Below are positions 27,690-37,344 of a stretch of 64,000 bases of DNA, one piece after another (position 1 is the stretch's first letter; the number at the start of each line of letters is the position of its first letter). The DNA lies in IMG/VR virus record IMGVR_UViG_3300044712_001034, positions 30,080 through 94,079 of that record. One strand, 5' to 3'. The translations under genes and the position numbers were made by a program. The notes below the pieces were generated by a model. It was not told where the DNA came from, ran no database searches, and worked only from the letters and a program-made list of their open reading frames with translations. Source of the DNA: a virus.

Positions 27690-28336
27690 CAATAACACTC
27701 TGCATCCCCACGCTTTCTCGATACGATCTTTTGAAGAGATGCTTAGAGTCTGCTGAAGCCGGTATTATAAAACCAGACAGATATTTAGTAATAGACAATG
27801 GTGGAAGTTTAGATTTAAAATTACCAAAATTAGAAGTTGTAAAATTTGGTTATAACTTAGGTGTGGCTAAAAGCTGGAATTACTTTATTAATTATACGGA
27901 AGAAGTAAGAGTTATTTGTAATGATGATATTTTCTTTCATCCAGAAACACTAAGAAATCTTTTAGCAGAGTATGAAGGAAATCAAATAACTTGTACTAGG
28001 GATTTAGAAGCTAGCTCCTTTTCTTTATTTACTATTGGAGATGAGTTAGTAAATACTGTTGGATTATTTGATGAATCCATTTCTCCTGGTTATGCTTACT
28101 TTGAAGATAATGACTATGCTTATAGAATGGAGCTTCTAGGTTATCAAATCCACAGAGTACATAACTGCTCTTGTGGTCATTTTGGAAGCGCTACCCTAAA
28201 GAACTATTCTTCTAGAGAAATGGAAGATCATCATAATAAATTTAGAATTGCACAAAATAATTATCAAAAAAAGTGGGGTGGATTACCTGGAAAGGAAGAA
28301 TATAAAACACCTTACAACGGAGTAAATAATGAGTAA
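27686..28336 (+). CDS. GT2 glycosyltransferase
   Basis: IDNG, NLGVAKSWN, NDD, GLFDE, FEDNDY. Confidence 0.88.
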   Translation: MTITLCIPTLSRYDLLKRCLESAEAGIIKPDRYLVIDNGGSLDLKLPKLEVVKFGYNLGVAKSWNYFINYTEEVRVICNDDIFFHPETLRNLLAEYEGNQITCTRDLEASSFSLFTIGDELVNTVGLFDESISPGYAYFEDNDYAYRMELLGYQIHRVHNCSCGHFGSATLKNYSSREMEDHHNKFRIAQNNYQKKWGGLPGKEEYKTPYNGVNNE

Positions 28337-28613
28337 ACAATTAAGTGGACAGACTACAGTAACTACTGCTGGAACTGCTGTAGTTTTAGGTACTGGCGTT
28401 ATTAATGACGCACTAATCGTAAAAGCTTTTGCAACTAATAGTGGACTAATCTATGTTGGAAACGATGGAGTTAACGATGTAACTAGTACAAACGGATTCG
28501 TATTATCAGCAGGTAATGAAGTTAGATTTGAATTAGTTGGCAGACTCGAAGACATTTATGTTGATTCTTCAGTCAATGGACAAAAAGTAAGCTGGATAGT
28601 TCTTAACGTATAA
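28329..28613 (+). CDS. small beta-rich protein, possibly virion-associated
   Basis: 94 aa, Thr/Gly/Val rich, NSGLIYVG, GFVLSAG. Confidence 0.55.
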   Translation: MSKQLSGQTTVTTAGTAVVLGTGVINDALIVKAFATNSGLIYVGNDGVNDVTSTNGFVLSAGNEVRFELVGRLEDIYVDSSVNGQKVSWIVLNV

Positions 28614-28622
28614 AGGAGACTT

Positions 28623-29675
28623 ATGACTAAATATCTTGATACCTGGACCAGAGATGCTAAGGTTGGTAAGCTAAACCTAATTGATCGCTATAATCTATGG
28701 CGAATGAAAGAAGAGCCTACCCTAATTGGTACTCTTGATCCAACGACTTTAGCCAGACAAATTGATATTTCACATTGGCAAGGTGATGTTGATATTGCCA
28801 AGATGAAAGCAGAAGGAGACATTTCAATGGTGTTTCCAAAAGCTTCGGATGGCAAACAAGTACAAGCTGGTGATCCAACTTATGCTAATAACTATGTTGA
28901 TGATTGGCTTTATCGTAATGTGCAGAAATGCTACGATGCTAAAATAGCTTGTGGACCCTACCATTATGTACAACCATTTTTTCCAGATTACACTCTAGAA
29001 GGTATTGTAGCTTGGAACATGAAAACTCTTCACGCAGCTTTAGACCCACTAACTCCAAAGAAAAGCTATCATGCAATTGTTCTTGATGTTGAAGAAGCTA
29101 CTGGTACAGAACCAAATCGAAGTGATGTTGTACTAAAGATGATGGAAGCTATTGCGGCTGATCCAAAGATGTCGCAAGTTCCTGTAATTGTTTATTCCTC
29201 AATGAGTATGTACAACTCTTATTATCCAAAACTTAGGGACCAGTTGTCTTTCCCCGGAGCTAATAAAAACTTATGGATGGCTCAATGGGTTTACAATACT
29301 GTAACTAATACAACTTGGGCTAATGTTGTTTCTACTATTATGCCTTCTATTAGTATGAAAGTTCTTACTCCCGGTTTTGCAACTTGGAAGTTTCTACAAT
29401 GGAGTTCTTCACTAATTCTTCCCGGTGGAAGTGGGAGAACTGATGTTAATTTCTACAATGGAACTAAAGCAGCCTTATATTCTTGGCTAGGATTTGATCC
29501 CGGTACTGTAGTTCCACCTCCCCCACCCCCACCAGCTACAGATCTAACAGCTAGAGTAGTAGCACTAGAAACTAAAGTAGCGGAACAGGAAACAAAACTC
29601 ACCGCACTAACAACTAAGGTAGACGCAGGACATACACACTCTGTTACTATCCCAGTTGTAACTACATCTAAGTAA
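28623..29675 (+). CDS. GH25 muramidase (endolysin)
   Basis: IDISHWQG, KASDG, YHY, LDVE, LWMAQW, QWS, DVN; Pro linker plus coiled-coil tail. Confidence 0.9.
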   Translation: MTKYLDTWTRDAKVGKLNLIDRYNLWRMKEEPTLIGTLDPTTLARQIDISHWQGDVDIAKMKAEGDISMVFPKASDGKQVQAGDPTYANNYVDDWLYRNVQKCYDAKIACGPYHYVQPFFPDYTLEGIVAWNMKTLHAALDPLTPKKSYHAIVLDVEEATGTEPNRSDVVLKMMEAIAADPKMSQVPVIVYSSMSMYNSYYPKLRDQLSFPGANKNLWMAQWVYNTVTNTTWANVVSTIMPSISMKVLTPGFATWKFLQWSSSLILPGGSGRTDVNFYNGTKAALYSWLGFDPGTVVPPPPPPPATDLTARVVALETKVAEQETKLTALTTKVDAGHTHSVTIPVVTTSK

Positions 29676-29681
29676 TAAATA

Positions 29682-29705
29682 TGGGAGGGATTAAAATCCC
29701 TCCCA
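29682..29705. other. perfect hairpin upstream of terL SD
   Basis: TGGGAGGGATT-AA-AATCCCTCCCA, no U-tract on plus strand. Confidence 0.7.
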
Positions 29706-29715
29706 AAGGATACTC

Positions 29716-31272
29716 ATGGCAATCATAGAAAAAATATATGGACCAGAGGATTTAGCATTATACGAAATACTAAGAAATCCCTGTCTTTGCACAGAGTTTA
29801 TAGAAAACTTTGATAAACAAAAATACGAAGAAGAGTTCGAACTTACTTGGTATCAGAAAGAATTGATGGGAGATTTTAATTCTTATGTGTCAGTTGTAGC
29901 TGGTCGTAGTGCTGGTAAAACTGTATCTTTAGTTTCTATAATTCGCTGGATTTTAGTATATAATGTTTTCCCCTCCGATTATATTATTTATTTAGTACCA
30001 TCTAAAGTACATCTTGAACCTGTGTGGTCCGGATTAATAAGAACATTTAGATCTAATACTTTTCTAAAACATTTTATACAACCTAATGCAGGTATCAATA
30101 GTAGTGATTTTAAGATTACATTATTGAACCAAGCAGTATTAATGTGCCGTATCGCAGGTCAAACTGGTACTGGTGTTTCTGTTATTGGTTTGCACACACC
30201 ATTCTTTATTGTTGATGAAAGCGGTTATCAACCTTGGGGATCTTGGATAGAACTACAACCTACAGTAAATACATTTACTTCCGGGTTTAGACTTATGGTT
30301 TCTGGCGTTCCAGATGGTAGACGAGAGAACTCAGTTTGTTATCATTGTGATAGAGAGAACTCTAACTATTCTAAACATAGAATTAGTTCTGATATGAACC
30401 CCAGGTTAGCAGAAGCAGATAAGCAGAGAGCTATAGAACAGTATGGGGGAGAAGATAGTGATGACTTTACCCACTTGTGGAAAGCTCAACATGGTAAGCC
30501 TGTATTTGCTTTGTTTGATAGAACTTCGTTTAGTATTGGATCGGACCCAGTTTATAAACTAATTCTAAATGGTTTACAACTAGAAGACAATCTAAATGAA
30601 ATTGTTTCTAGAATTACAGTCTTCCCGCCAATCCCAAATAAGAGTGATAAAGTAATACTTGGAGTGGACTTAGGTTATACAGAACCAACAGCTATTATAA
30701 TTCTATATTTAGAAAATTCTGGAAGGCTTAGATTTCACGGAAGAATTAGATTAGATAAAGTTTCTTATCCAGTTCAGAAAAGCTTCATAGATGCTTTGGA
30801 TACCAAATACAATCCTATTATTATTGGAGTTGATGCTGGTGGAGTAGGCAAACCAGTAGTTATGGACCTTTTGGAGCATCAAGACTTCATGCACAAAAAC
30901 TATTCAAAAAGAGTAGTTCCAATAGATTTCTCTACTTCACTTGTTATAGGTATAGATGGTAATGGCGAAGAAATTAAATCTAAGACAAAACCATTTGCTA
31001 CTTCAGTTTTACAGGATTATGCTAATAATCATAAGCTAGTATTCTCCCATACAGACTTAGAATTAGTTACAGAACTAGAAAGAATGACTTATACTAAAAC
31101 TCCTACGGGAGATATTGTGTATAGAACTGTTACTAATAAGGGTGGAAAAAGAGGTGAAGACCACTTTACTTCTGCTTTACTTTGTGCTGTATTAGCTTAT
31201 TATTTGAAAAATGATTTTATGACTTATAAATCTCAAAAGAAAACGCTGGCTAGTCCAGGTTGGTTTGGATAA
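29716..31272 (+). CDS. terL: terminase large subunit
   Basis: Walker A GRSAGKT, Walker B FIVDE, nuclease GVDLG, DH. Confidence 0.9.
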   Translation: MAIIEKIYGPEDLALYEILRNPCLCTEFIENFDKQKYEEEFELTWYQKELMGDFNSYVSVVAGRSAGKTVSLVSIIRWILVYNVFPSDYIIYLVPSKVHLEPVWSGLIRTFRSNTFLKHFIQPNAGINSSDFKITLLNQAVLMCRIAGQTGTGVSVIGLHTPFFIVDESGYQPWGSWIELQPTVNTFTSGFRLMVSGVPDGRRENSVCYHCDRENSNYSKHRISSDMNPRLAEADKQRAIEQYGGEDSDDFTHLWKAQHGKPVFALFDRTSFSIGSDPVYKLILNGLQLEDNLNEIVSRITVFPPIPNKSDKVILGVDLGYTEPTAIIILYLENSGRLRFHGRIRLDKVSYPVQKSFIDALDTKYNPIIIGVDAGGVGKPVVMDLLEHQDFMHKNYSKRVVPIDFSTSLVIGIDGNGEEIKSKTKPFATSVLQDYANNHKLVFSHTDLELVTELERMTYTKTPTGDIVYRTVTNKGGKRGEDHFTSALLCAVLAYYLKNDFMTYKSQKKTLASPGWFG

Positions 31273-31277
31273 AAAAT

Positions 31278-32843
31278 ATGGAAATTACCGTACAAGACGC
31301 AACAAAAGAAGATCTAATAGCTTCGGAACAATTTAATAAACTAGCTTCCGCATCTATTAATACGTTAGGAGGTTCTACGAGTTCTAATCCCTGGACAGCT
31401 TCAGATGTTGATAAATTAGAACTCAATACGGACGACTATCATAAGATAGTTAAAGCGTGCAGATTCTTCTACAAAAAAGACCCTCTGGTTTCCTCTACAA
31501 TAAATAAACTTGTAGAGGTAGGTATTAATAGACTTATGTTTAGTAAGAATGGTCTTACTGAAAATGAATATAAAATCTTTTTAGGTCTTAGGGAAAAGTT
31601 AGAAGAGTTTGCGGAGAGCATGGCTTTAGAGTATTTAATTTCTGGATTAGTAGTTCCAGAAATCCAATTCGGGAGATTAAATAAAGAACAAATTAAAAAT
31701 CTAGGTATCTATGGGCTAAAGAAATATGATAGTCTAATGTTACCTGCTACTATGTATATCAGAGATCCAGCTACTATAGAAATAAAAGTAAATCCATTTT
31801 CTGATAGTCCTAGTTACTTTTTACTTGTTCCTCCTGAAGTTGTTGACTTCATTCTAAATGAGGGAAGATATGGTGATGGTACTTATGATAGAGTTGCTTA
31901 TCAAAAGCTACTAGCATTATATCCTGAGTTTGTTTTAGCGATAAAGCAAGGGGTCAGAAAATTCCTCATTGAGAAAGATACCGATCTTATTATAAGACGC
32001 AAAGTTCAAACAGATGGTCCTACGCCAACTCCTTATCTATCCGCAGCTTTGGAATCTTTAAAGCATAAACGTAACTTACGTAGAATGGATTATGCTATTG
32101 CCTCTAGAGTAATTGGAGCTATTCAATTATTCAAGCTAGGTGATAAAGATTTCCCAGTAACAGAAGATGATAAGGATGCTCAGTTTGGAGCGATCAAGGA
32201 TCAGATGCTTTGGCGAGATTATTCTGGAAAAGATATAGAAAGAATTTTCCAATTGTTTGCTAACCATACTTTACAAATCGAATGGGTTGTTCCAGATACA
32301 CAAGCCATGCTAGATGAACAGAAGTATATTAGCGTAAACCAAGATATTATTTATGCTTTAGGATTTCCAAGAATTCTAATTACAGGCGAGTCCGAAAAGA
32401 CAGGAACATCAGATCCACAGTACGCTATGATGTCGCCAGCTAAAACAATGGAAAACTTTAGACGAAAGATTATTAAAGTTATTCAATCCATAGTTAGAAG
32501 AGTTGCTGAAGAAAATAGCATAAAAAGTGTTCCAGAAGTAAAGTTTAAACCACTCACACTATTCGATCATGCTACACTTCTAAAGAGCTTAGCCGATCTT
32601 TATGGTGGTGCTAATATTTCTAGATCTACTTATGCTGAAGAATTAGGATACGATTGGAATGATGAAACTGAACAAAGAAAGATTGAAAAAGATAAGCTCG
32701 AATCTCTTGGGTTGGATGAGTTTGCTCCTAAACCCTTTAGTAATCAGCCCGGTCAGGGTCCAGCAGGAAGTGGTAAAACAACCACGGAAAAGAAGCCATC
32801 TGATGTAAATAACACCAGTAACAATAAAAATGGGTCTAATTAG
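31278..32843 (+). CDS. portal protein
   Basis: About 520 aa directly after terL; portal-like layout with low-complexity C-terminus. Confidence 0.8.
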   Translation: MEITVQDATKEDLIASEQFNKLASASINTLGGSTSSNPWTASDVDKLELNTDDYHKIVKACRFFYKKDPLVSSTINKLVEVGINRLMFSKNGLTENEYKIFLGLREKLEEFAESMALEYLISGLVVPEIQFGRLNKEQIKNLGIYGLKKYDSLMLPATMYIRDPATIEIKVNPFSDSPSYFLLVPPEVVDFILNEGRYGDGTYDRVAYQKLLALYPEFVLAIKQGVRKFLIEKDTDLIIRRKVQTDGPTPTPYLSAALESLKHKRNLRRMDYAIASRVIGAIQLFKLGDKDFPVTEDDKDAQFGAIKDQMLWRDYSGKDIERIFQLFANHTLQIEWVVPDTQAMLDEQKYISVNQDIIYALGFPRILITGESEKTGTSDPQYAMMSPAKTMENFRRKIIKVIQSIVRRVAEENSIKSVPEVKFKPLTLFDHATLLKSLADLYGGANISRSTYAEELGYDWNDETEQRKIEKDKLESLGLDEFAPKPFSNQPGQGPAGSGKTTTEKKPSDVNNTSNNKNGSN

Positions 32844-32854
32844 TGGTTATATCA

Positions 32855-32897
32855 ATGTCAAAATATAAAAATATGTTATACTATAAGTATAGTATAA
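32855..32897 (+). promoter_or_regulatory. head-operon promoter with overlapping palindrome
   Basis: ATGTCA-N16-TATACT with TGn; TTATACTATA-AG-TATAGTATAA at 32876-32897. Confidence 0.55.
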
Positions 32898-32918
32898 TAA
32901 ATATATTAATGAGGAATT

Positions 32919-33866
32919 ATGGAACAAAACTTTGAAATAAAGGAATTTCAATTTATTGATGGCGAGGAAGATGAAGCTTTTGCTTCTATAACTCTAAATC
33001 CTACATTTCGTTGGTGCAAATTTATTTTAACAGACGACCAACCAAATGTAAATAAAGAAAGAATTCCACTAGAAGAATTTGATAACCTAATCAAAAGCGG
33101 AGTTAATGCTCCGATTAAAATGGCTGCCAAAGAAATAAAACCCGGTCATGCTGAATCTTTTCCACTAGGAGTTATTACTGCTCTAACGAAAGAAAACAAC
33201 TATATAAAAGGTTTAGCTGCACTATGGTCTAGAGAGCGTCCCGAAGATGTTCAGATGATTAAAGAACTTTATGATAAAGGAACCCCACTTAATTTATCAT
33301 GGGAAGTGCTTTACGCATCCAAAGATGAAGAACCAGATGGTGTAATTGCTTTACGTGATACTGCTCTGCGTGCAACTACATTCGTTGGTATGCCAGCGTA
33401 TGCTGGTAGGACTCCTATTCTAGCCGTAGCTTCTGCCGAAAATGATATGGAGGAAAATAAGTTGGATGAACTTGAAACCCTAAAAGCAAAGGTAGCTGAG
33501 CTAGAACTTGCACTCTCCGCTAAAGATACTGAGATTGAACAGCTAAAATCAGAAAATCAGTCTCTTGCTTCTTTCAAAGAAGAGGTTGAATTAGCAAAAG
33601 AAAAGGAAAGCAAATTCGCAGCTATCAAAGCAAAATTCGTTGATTCTGGTTTAGTCAGAAGTGATGAATATTTTGATACTAATAAAGAAAGACTTCTAGC
33701 ACTTGATGATGGATCACTAGATTTTATGATCCAAGATCTAATTAGTTTTTCTGCTGAATTAGCAACTGCATCAGAAAAGAAATCTGATGCTCTACCTATT
33801 ATAAACAAAACTAGTACTTCCGTTGATCCTAAAGAACTCGGAAGACGACTTCGCAATAGTAAATAA
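32919..33866 (+). CDS. prohead protease/scaffold protein
   Basis: H..., LSWE, PAY protease-like motifs; C-terminal acidic coiled coil; between portal and capsid. Confidence 0.75.
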   Translation: MEQNFEIKEFQFIDGEEDEAFASITLNPTFRWCKFILTDDQPNVNKERIPLEEFDNLIKSGVNAPIKMAAKEIKPGHAESFPLGVITALTKENNYIKGLAALWSRERPEDVQMIKELYDKGTPLNLSWEVLYASKDEEPDGVIALRDTALRATTFVGMPAYAGRTPILAVASAENDMEENKLDELETLKAKVAELELALSAKDTEIEQLKSENQSLASFKEEVELAKEKESKFAAIKAKFVDSGLVRSDEYFDTNKERLLALDDGSLDFMIQDLISFSAELATASEKKSDALPIINKTSTSVDPKELGRRLRNSK

Positions 33867-33883
33867 TTGAGGATAAAATAACA

Positions 33884-34459
33884 ATGGAAATTAATAAAGT
33901 TATTGGTGATATTTTAGGTGTTGTGGTAAATGAAGATATGGCTGAAGGCCGAATGGTCTGCCTAACTTCTCACACCTTTAATCACGACTTTGGTTCACAA
34001 ACCGACCTTCCAGCAGTAAAGCTACCTACCACAGCAGATGAAGCTAAGCGTGCTCGCTTTATCGTTACTTGGGCAGTAGATAATCGCCAACCCCCATACT
34101 ATGTTCCAATGCCAGCTTACTCTTGGTCGCTAAGACGGGGTGGATTTGGTACAGCAGCTAATGTTCCATTTTCTGCTACAGTATGGCTAACCTATCCTGG
34201 TTATCAGAGTGGTGTTACAATCCCATCCGGTACTTCAGCTTTAGCTTTTGGTGCTGGAACTTATACAGTACAGTCTGGTCAGTATTTATACAATGCAGCT
34301 ATGCAGACCCCAGGTTGTGCACTTTCAGTTAGCATTTCTGGAACTGATAAAGGCAAATTACAATATCAGGCTACTTGGGATTCAGATGTAGTTGTTGGTA
34401 CTGTTGTTGAATTCAACACCTCTACCTATGATATGACTTTCACTACTCGTGAGTTCTAA
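33884..34459 (+). CDS. capsid decoration/cement protein
   Basis: Beta-rich 191 aa immediately before major capsid gene. Confidence 0.6.
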   Translation: MEINKVIGDILGVVVNEDMAEGRMVCLTSHTFNHDFGSQTDLPAVKLPTTADEAKRARFIVTWAVDNRQPPYYVPMPAYSWSLRRGGFGTAANVPFSATVWLTYPGYQSGVTIPSGTSALAFGAGTYTVQSGQYLYNAAMQTPGCALSVSISGTDKGKLQYQATWDSDVVVGTVVEFNTSTYDMTFTTREF

Positions 34460-34487
34460 TATTAAATAACGGAGAATTACAAATTCA

Positions 34488-36235
34488 ATGGACAATGAAT
34501 TAAAGCAATATTTAGAATCAGCAGCTTCTCTAATGAAAGAACAAAAGGAACGAGAAGCCTTTGCTGAAATGATGGTAGAGTATATTGATCCCGGTCATCT
34601 TACTACAGATTTTATTGGGCTATTACTCAATACTAGAAGTATGAAACCCGGTGACGCCCTAAACTAAAACTGGGGCTTAGACAAAAAATTGTCTAAGAAA
34701 ATTCTACTAAAAACGGGGAAACTCCTGAAAAGGACAATCCCGTGCCAACTCGTTATGAGAGGTGTAGAGACTATGGATAAAAAAGAAGAAGTAAAATATA
34801 TAGTTGCTTTTACTTATGGAGATGGGTATATAGGTTATCATGGAACCGAGTGCAGGTTCGAAGCTAATAACATAATAGATAACCTAGATTATATAAATTG
34901 GCGTAAATCAATATTAGAAAACTTTACAAAAGTTACTACTTATGAAATAAATGATAAACGCCAAAATAGAAAAACAATAGTAAAAACTGTAACTAGAACA
35001 AATCCAATATATACTAAAGTACATTCTAGAATGTACTTATTAGGAAAAAAAGTAATAGATCCGCATTATCTAACGCTTTTAGATTGGGAAACGTTAGCTA
35101 TTTGGTATATGGATGATGGAAATCTTAGATTAGTAAAACAAGACTACAAAGACAGCCATTATGAATACGCAGTACCAAATATAGCTACAAACTGTTTTAG
35201 TTATGGAGATAATCTCCTAATAAAAGAAGCTATAAAAGAAAAACTTGGAATAGAGTTCAATATAAATAAACATTCTATAAACTCTAATGGGGAGCAAACT
35301 TATATTTTGTCTCTTCAAAGAAAAAGTTTTCCAAAGTTCTTGGATGGTATATATAATTATATATTTCCAAGTTTCCAATATAAAATAAATCCGTATGTAG
35401 AACTCGTAACAGGTAATGCTGACGATGATGAGATAGTCCGAACTTCTGCGAAATCAGAAGAAGCCACACAGAAATGATGTGGATACAACAAATTTGAGTC
35501 AAGAAAGTTCGAAAGGGCATTCGTGCTCATACTTTTGTTCCTGGCGCTATCCCTCTAACTAGCGAGATTACAGTATCGGAAAGAATGAACTACATTCTTG
35601 ACGGTGCTATCGTATCTGTTACCGCTAATGATTGGGAACTTCAGGCAGGTGAGATTGGTACTGTTCAGAGCATTAAGAGTGAGATGCAAGCTGTTCTTCG
35701 TGATTATTTCATGAACAAAGTTTTCACCGCCCTAACTACAATCTGGACCGCTACAAATACTCCCGATAATTTTACCAACGTTGGTACTTCAGTAACTAAA
35801 ACCGCTCTAGACGATATGATTGAAACTATCAATCAGACCACACCAGGAGCCAAGGCTATTGTTGGTACTCGTGCGGCTTTACAGCCAATCATGGCTTTCA
35901 TCGGTTGGGATACCTATTCTTCAACTGACGGTATGCTTCAGAATATTTCTGACGAACTACGCCGAACTGGTTGGGTTGGTCAATATCTAGGCGTTCCACT
36001 AGTTGTAGTAAGACAGGATTATGATAGCCCCGATACTTATAACAAGCTAGTTCCAGAAGATAAAATTCTCGTTATTGGCGAAAATGTTGGTGAGTTTGTT
36101 ACTTTCGGTAATGCCATTCCTAGCGAATGGACCGATCAACGCCCCGTTCCTCCACAATGGACATTCAGATTATATCAGCAATTTGGTATGATTATTGATA
36201 ATGCCCAGGGAATCGGCGTTCTCAAAGTTGCATAA
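34488..36235 (+). CDS. major capsid protein, spliced: join(34488..34660,35497..36235), 303 aa
   Basis: Exon 1 MDNELK...KPGDAL joins in frame to VKKVRKGIRAHTF...MNYILD; HK97-like motifs GQYLGVPLV, GIGVLKV; strong terminator follows. Confidence 0.88.
34661..35496 (+). mobile_element. group I intron in major capsid gene
   Basis: P1 GCCCU/GGGGC with U.G at splice site; P2; ACGGG/AAUCCCGU; R GUAGAGACUA; S GAGAUAGUCC; terminal G 35496. Confidence 0.92.
34773..35477 (+). CDS. intron-encoded LAGLIDADG homing endonuclease
   Basis: Two motifs IVAFTYGDGYI and LAIWYMDDG; ATNCFS; FQYKI. Confidence 0.92.
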   Translation: MDKKEEVKYIVAFTYGDGYIGYHGTECRFEANNIIDNLDYINWRKSILENFTKVTTYEINDKRQNRKTIVKTVTRTNPIYTKVHSRMYLLGKKVIDPHYLTLLDWETLAIWYMDDGNLRLVKQDYKDSHYEYAVPNIATNCFSYGDNLLIKEAIKEKLGIEFNINKHSINSNGEQTYILSLQRKSFPKFLDGIYNYIFPSFQYKINPYVELVTGNADDDEIVRTSAKSEEATQK

Positions 36236-36249
36236 TTTGTTTTAGTAAT

Positions 36250-36290
36250 AAAGGAGATGGAAGTTAAAATCTCCATCTCCTTTTATTTTT
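36250..36290 (+). terminator. Rho-independent terminator after capsid gene
   Basis: AAAGGAGATGGA/TCCATCTCCTTT stem plus T-tract. Confidence 0.85.
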
Positions 36291-36316
36291 AATTTGAAAG
36301 GATAATAAATTAAGGT

Positions 36317-36814
36317 ATGAATAAGCAATTTGATCCGGGTGTTTTCTCTGCTATGCAAACTGGTAATCCTATCGGTACATATCAGAAAACCGTAATCTCT
36401 AAGGTAAACGTTCAGATTTTAAATCCATTTACAGGCGAACCTAATGGATCTCTTCTTACTGGAAAACCTGGGGAAGATGAATCTATCTATAGATCTTGGT
36501 CTGACGCTGAAGATGTTTTCTTCACTAGACAGAACAGACGTTTATTTAAAGAAGGTCTAATCATTAGAATTGAATCAAAGAAAGATGAACCAGAGGCAGA
36601 TGTTCCACTAGAACAGTCGTCCGATGAAGAAGTTCTAAAAATTATTAATAGCAGATTTAATGCTGTACAAAATATTCTTCAGAAAACAGATTCAGAGGCT
36701 TTTGTAAATAGACTTCTAGAGGCTGCTAGACGAGAAGAAAAATCTGAGCGATTTGTAAAAGCTATTGAAACTAGACTAGCTGAGCTACAATTCACTCAAC
36801 TAAAACAGGAATAA
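36317..36814 (+). CDS. hypothetical head-associated protein
   Basis: 165 aa after capsid gene. Confidence 0.6.
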   Translation: MNKQFDPGVFSAMQTGNPIGTYQKTVISKVNVQILNPFTGEPNGSLLTGKPGEDESIYRSWSDAEDVFFTRQNRRLFKEGLIIRIESKKDEPEADVPLEQSSDEEVLKIINSRFNAVQNILQKTDSEAFVNRLLEAARREEKSERFVKAIETRLAELQFTQLKQE

Positions 36815-36817
36815 TAA

Positions 36818-37327
36818 ATGGCAACAATAGCACTAGATTATTTAATACAAGAAGTAAGAGTAAATATCGGAGACTTTATTGCTCCTTACAGATATATTGA
36901 TGCTTGGATTTTAGCTGCCTTAAATCTAGCTGCTAAAAAGTTTCAAAGATACAATAAGTCTAAATACCTAATAAATGCAGATGGAGAGCTATACAGGAAT
37001 ACAGATAGTTATTTACAATTTTCAACAGAAGAATCTGTAGAAGGTATTATAGAGAAAAAAGACGAAGCTGTTATTATACTAATGGCATCAATAATAATGT
37101 TGGAAGGCAGCTTAGAAAATTCAGCTTATTCTACTTCTAGCTGGAAAGATAATGAAATATCTTTTAGTAATATAGAAGGTGGAAGAATGAAAGACAGTAA
37201 TCTAAAACGTCTCATTGACGAACTAGATAAACTAGTCTTATCCCCCACAAGAAGATTAGCTGTAACAGATAAACAATCTCTACCAGGATACAAGAATAAC
37301 GAATACGAGTCTAAAGGCGAGTTATAA
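36818..37327 (+). CDS. head-tail adaptor-like protein
   Basis: VRVNIGD..Y.D N-terminal motif; position. Confidence 0.6.
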   Translation: MATIALDYLIQEVRVNIGDFIAPYRYIDAWILAALNLAAKKFQRYNKSKYLINADGELYRNTDSYLQFSTEESVEGIIEKKDEAVIILMASIIMLEGSLENSAYSTSSWKDNEISFSNIEGGRMKDSNLKRLIDELDKLVLSPTRRLAVTDKQSLPGYKNNEYESKGEL

Positions 37328-37344
37328 AGAAAGGATAAAGGAAT

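Noticed and set aside
35585-36235. Stand-alone 216-aa capsid ORF
   Set aside because: It is the distal part of exon 2 of the intron-split capsid gene
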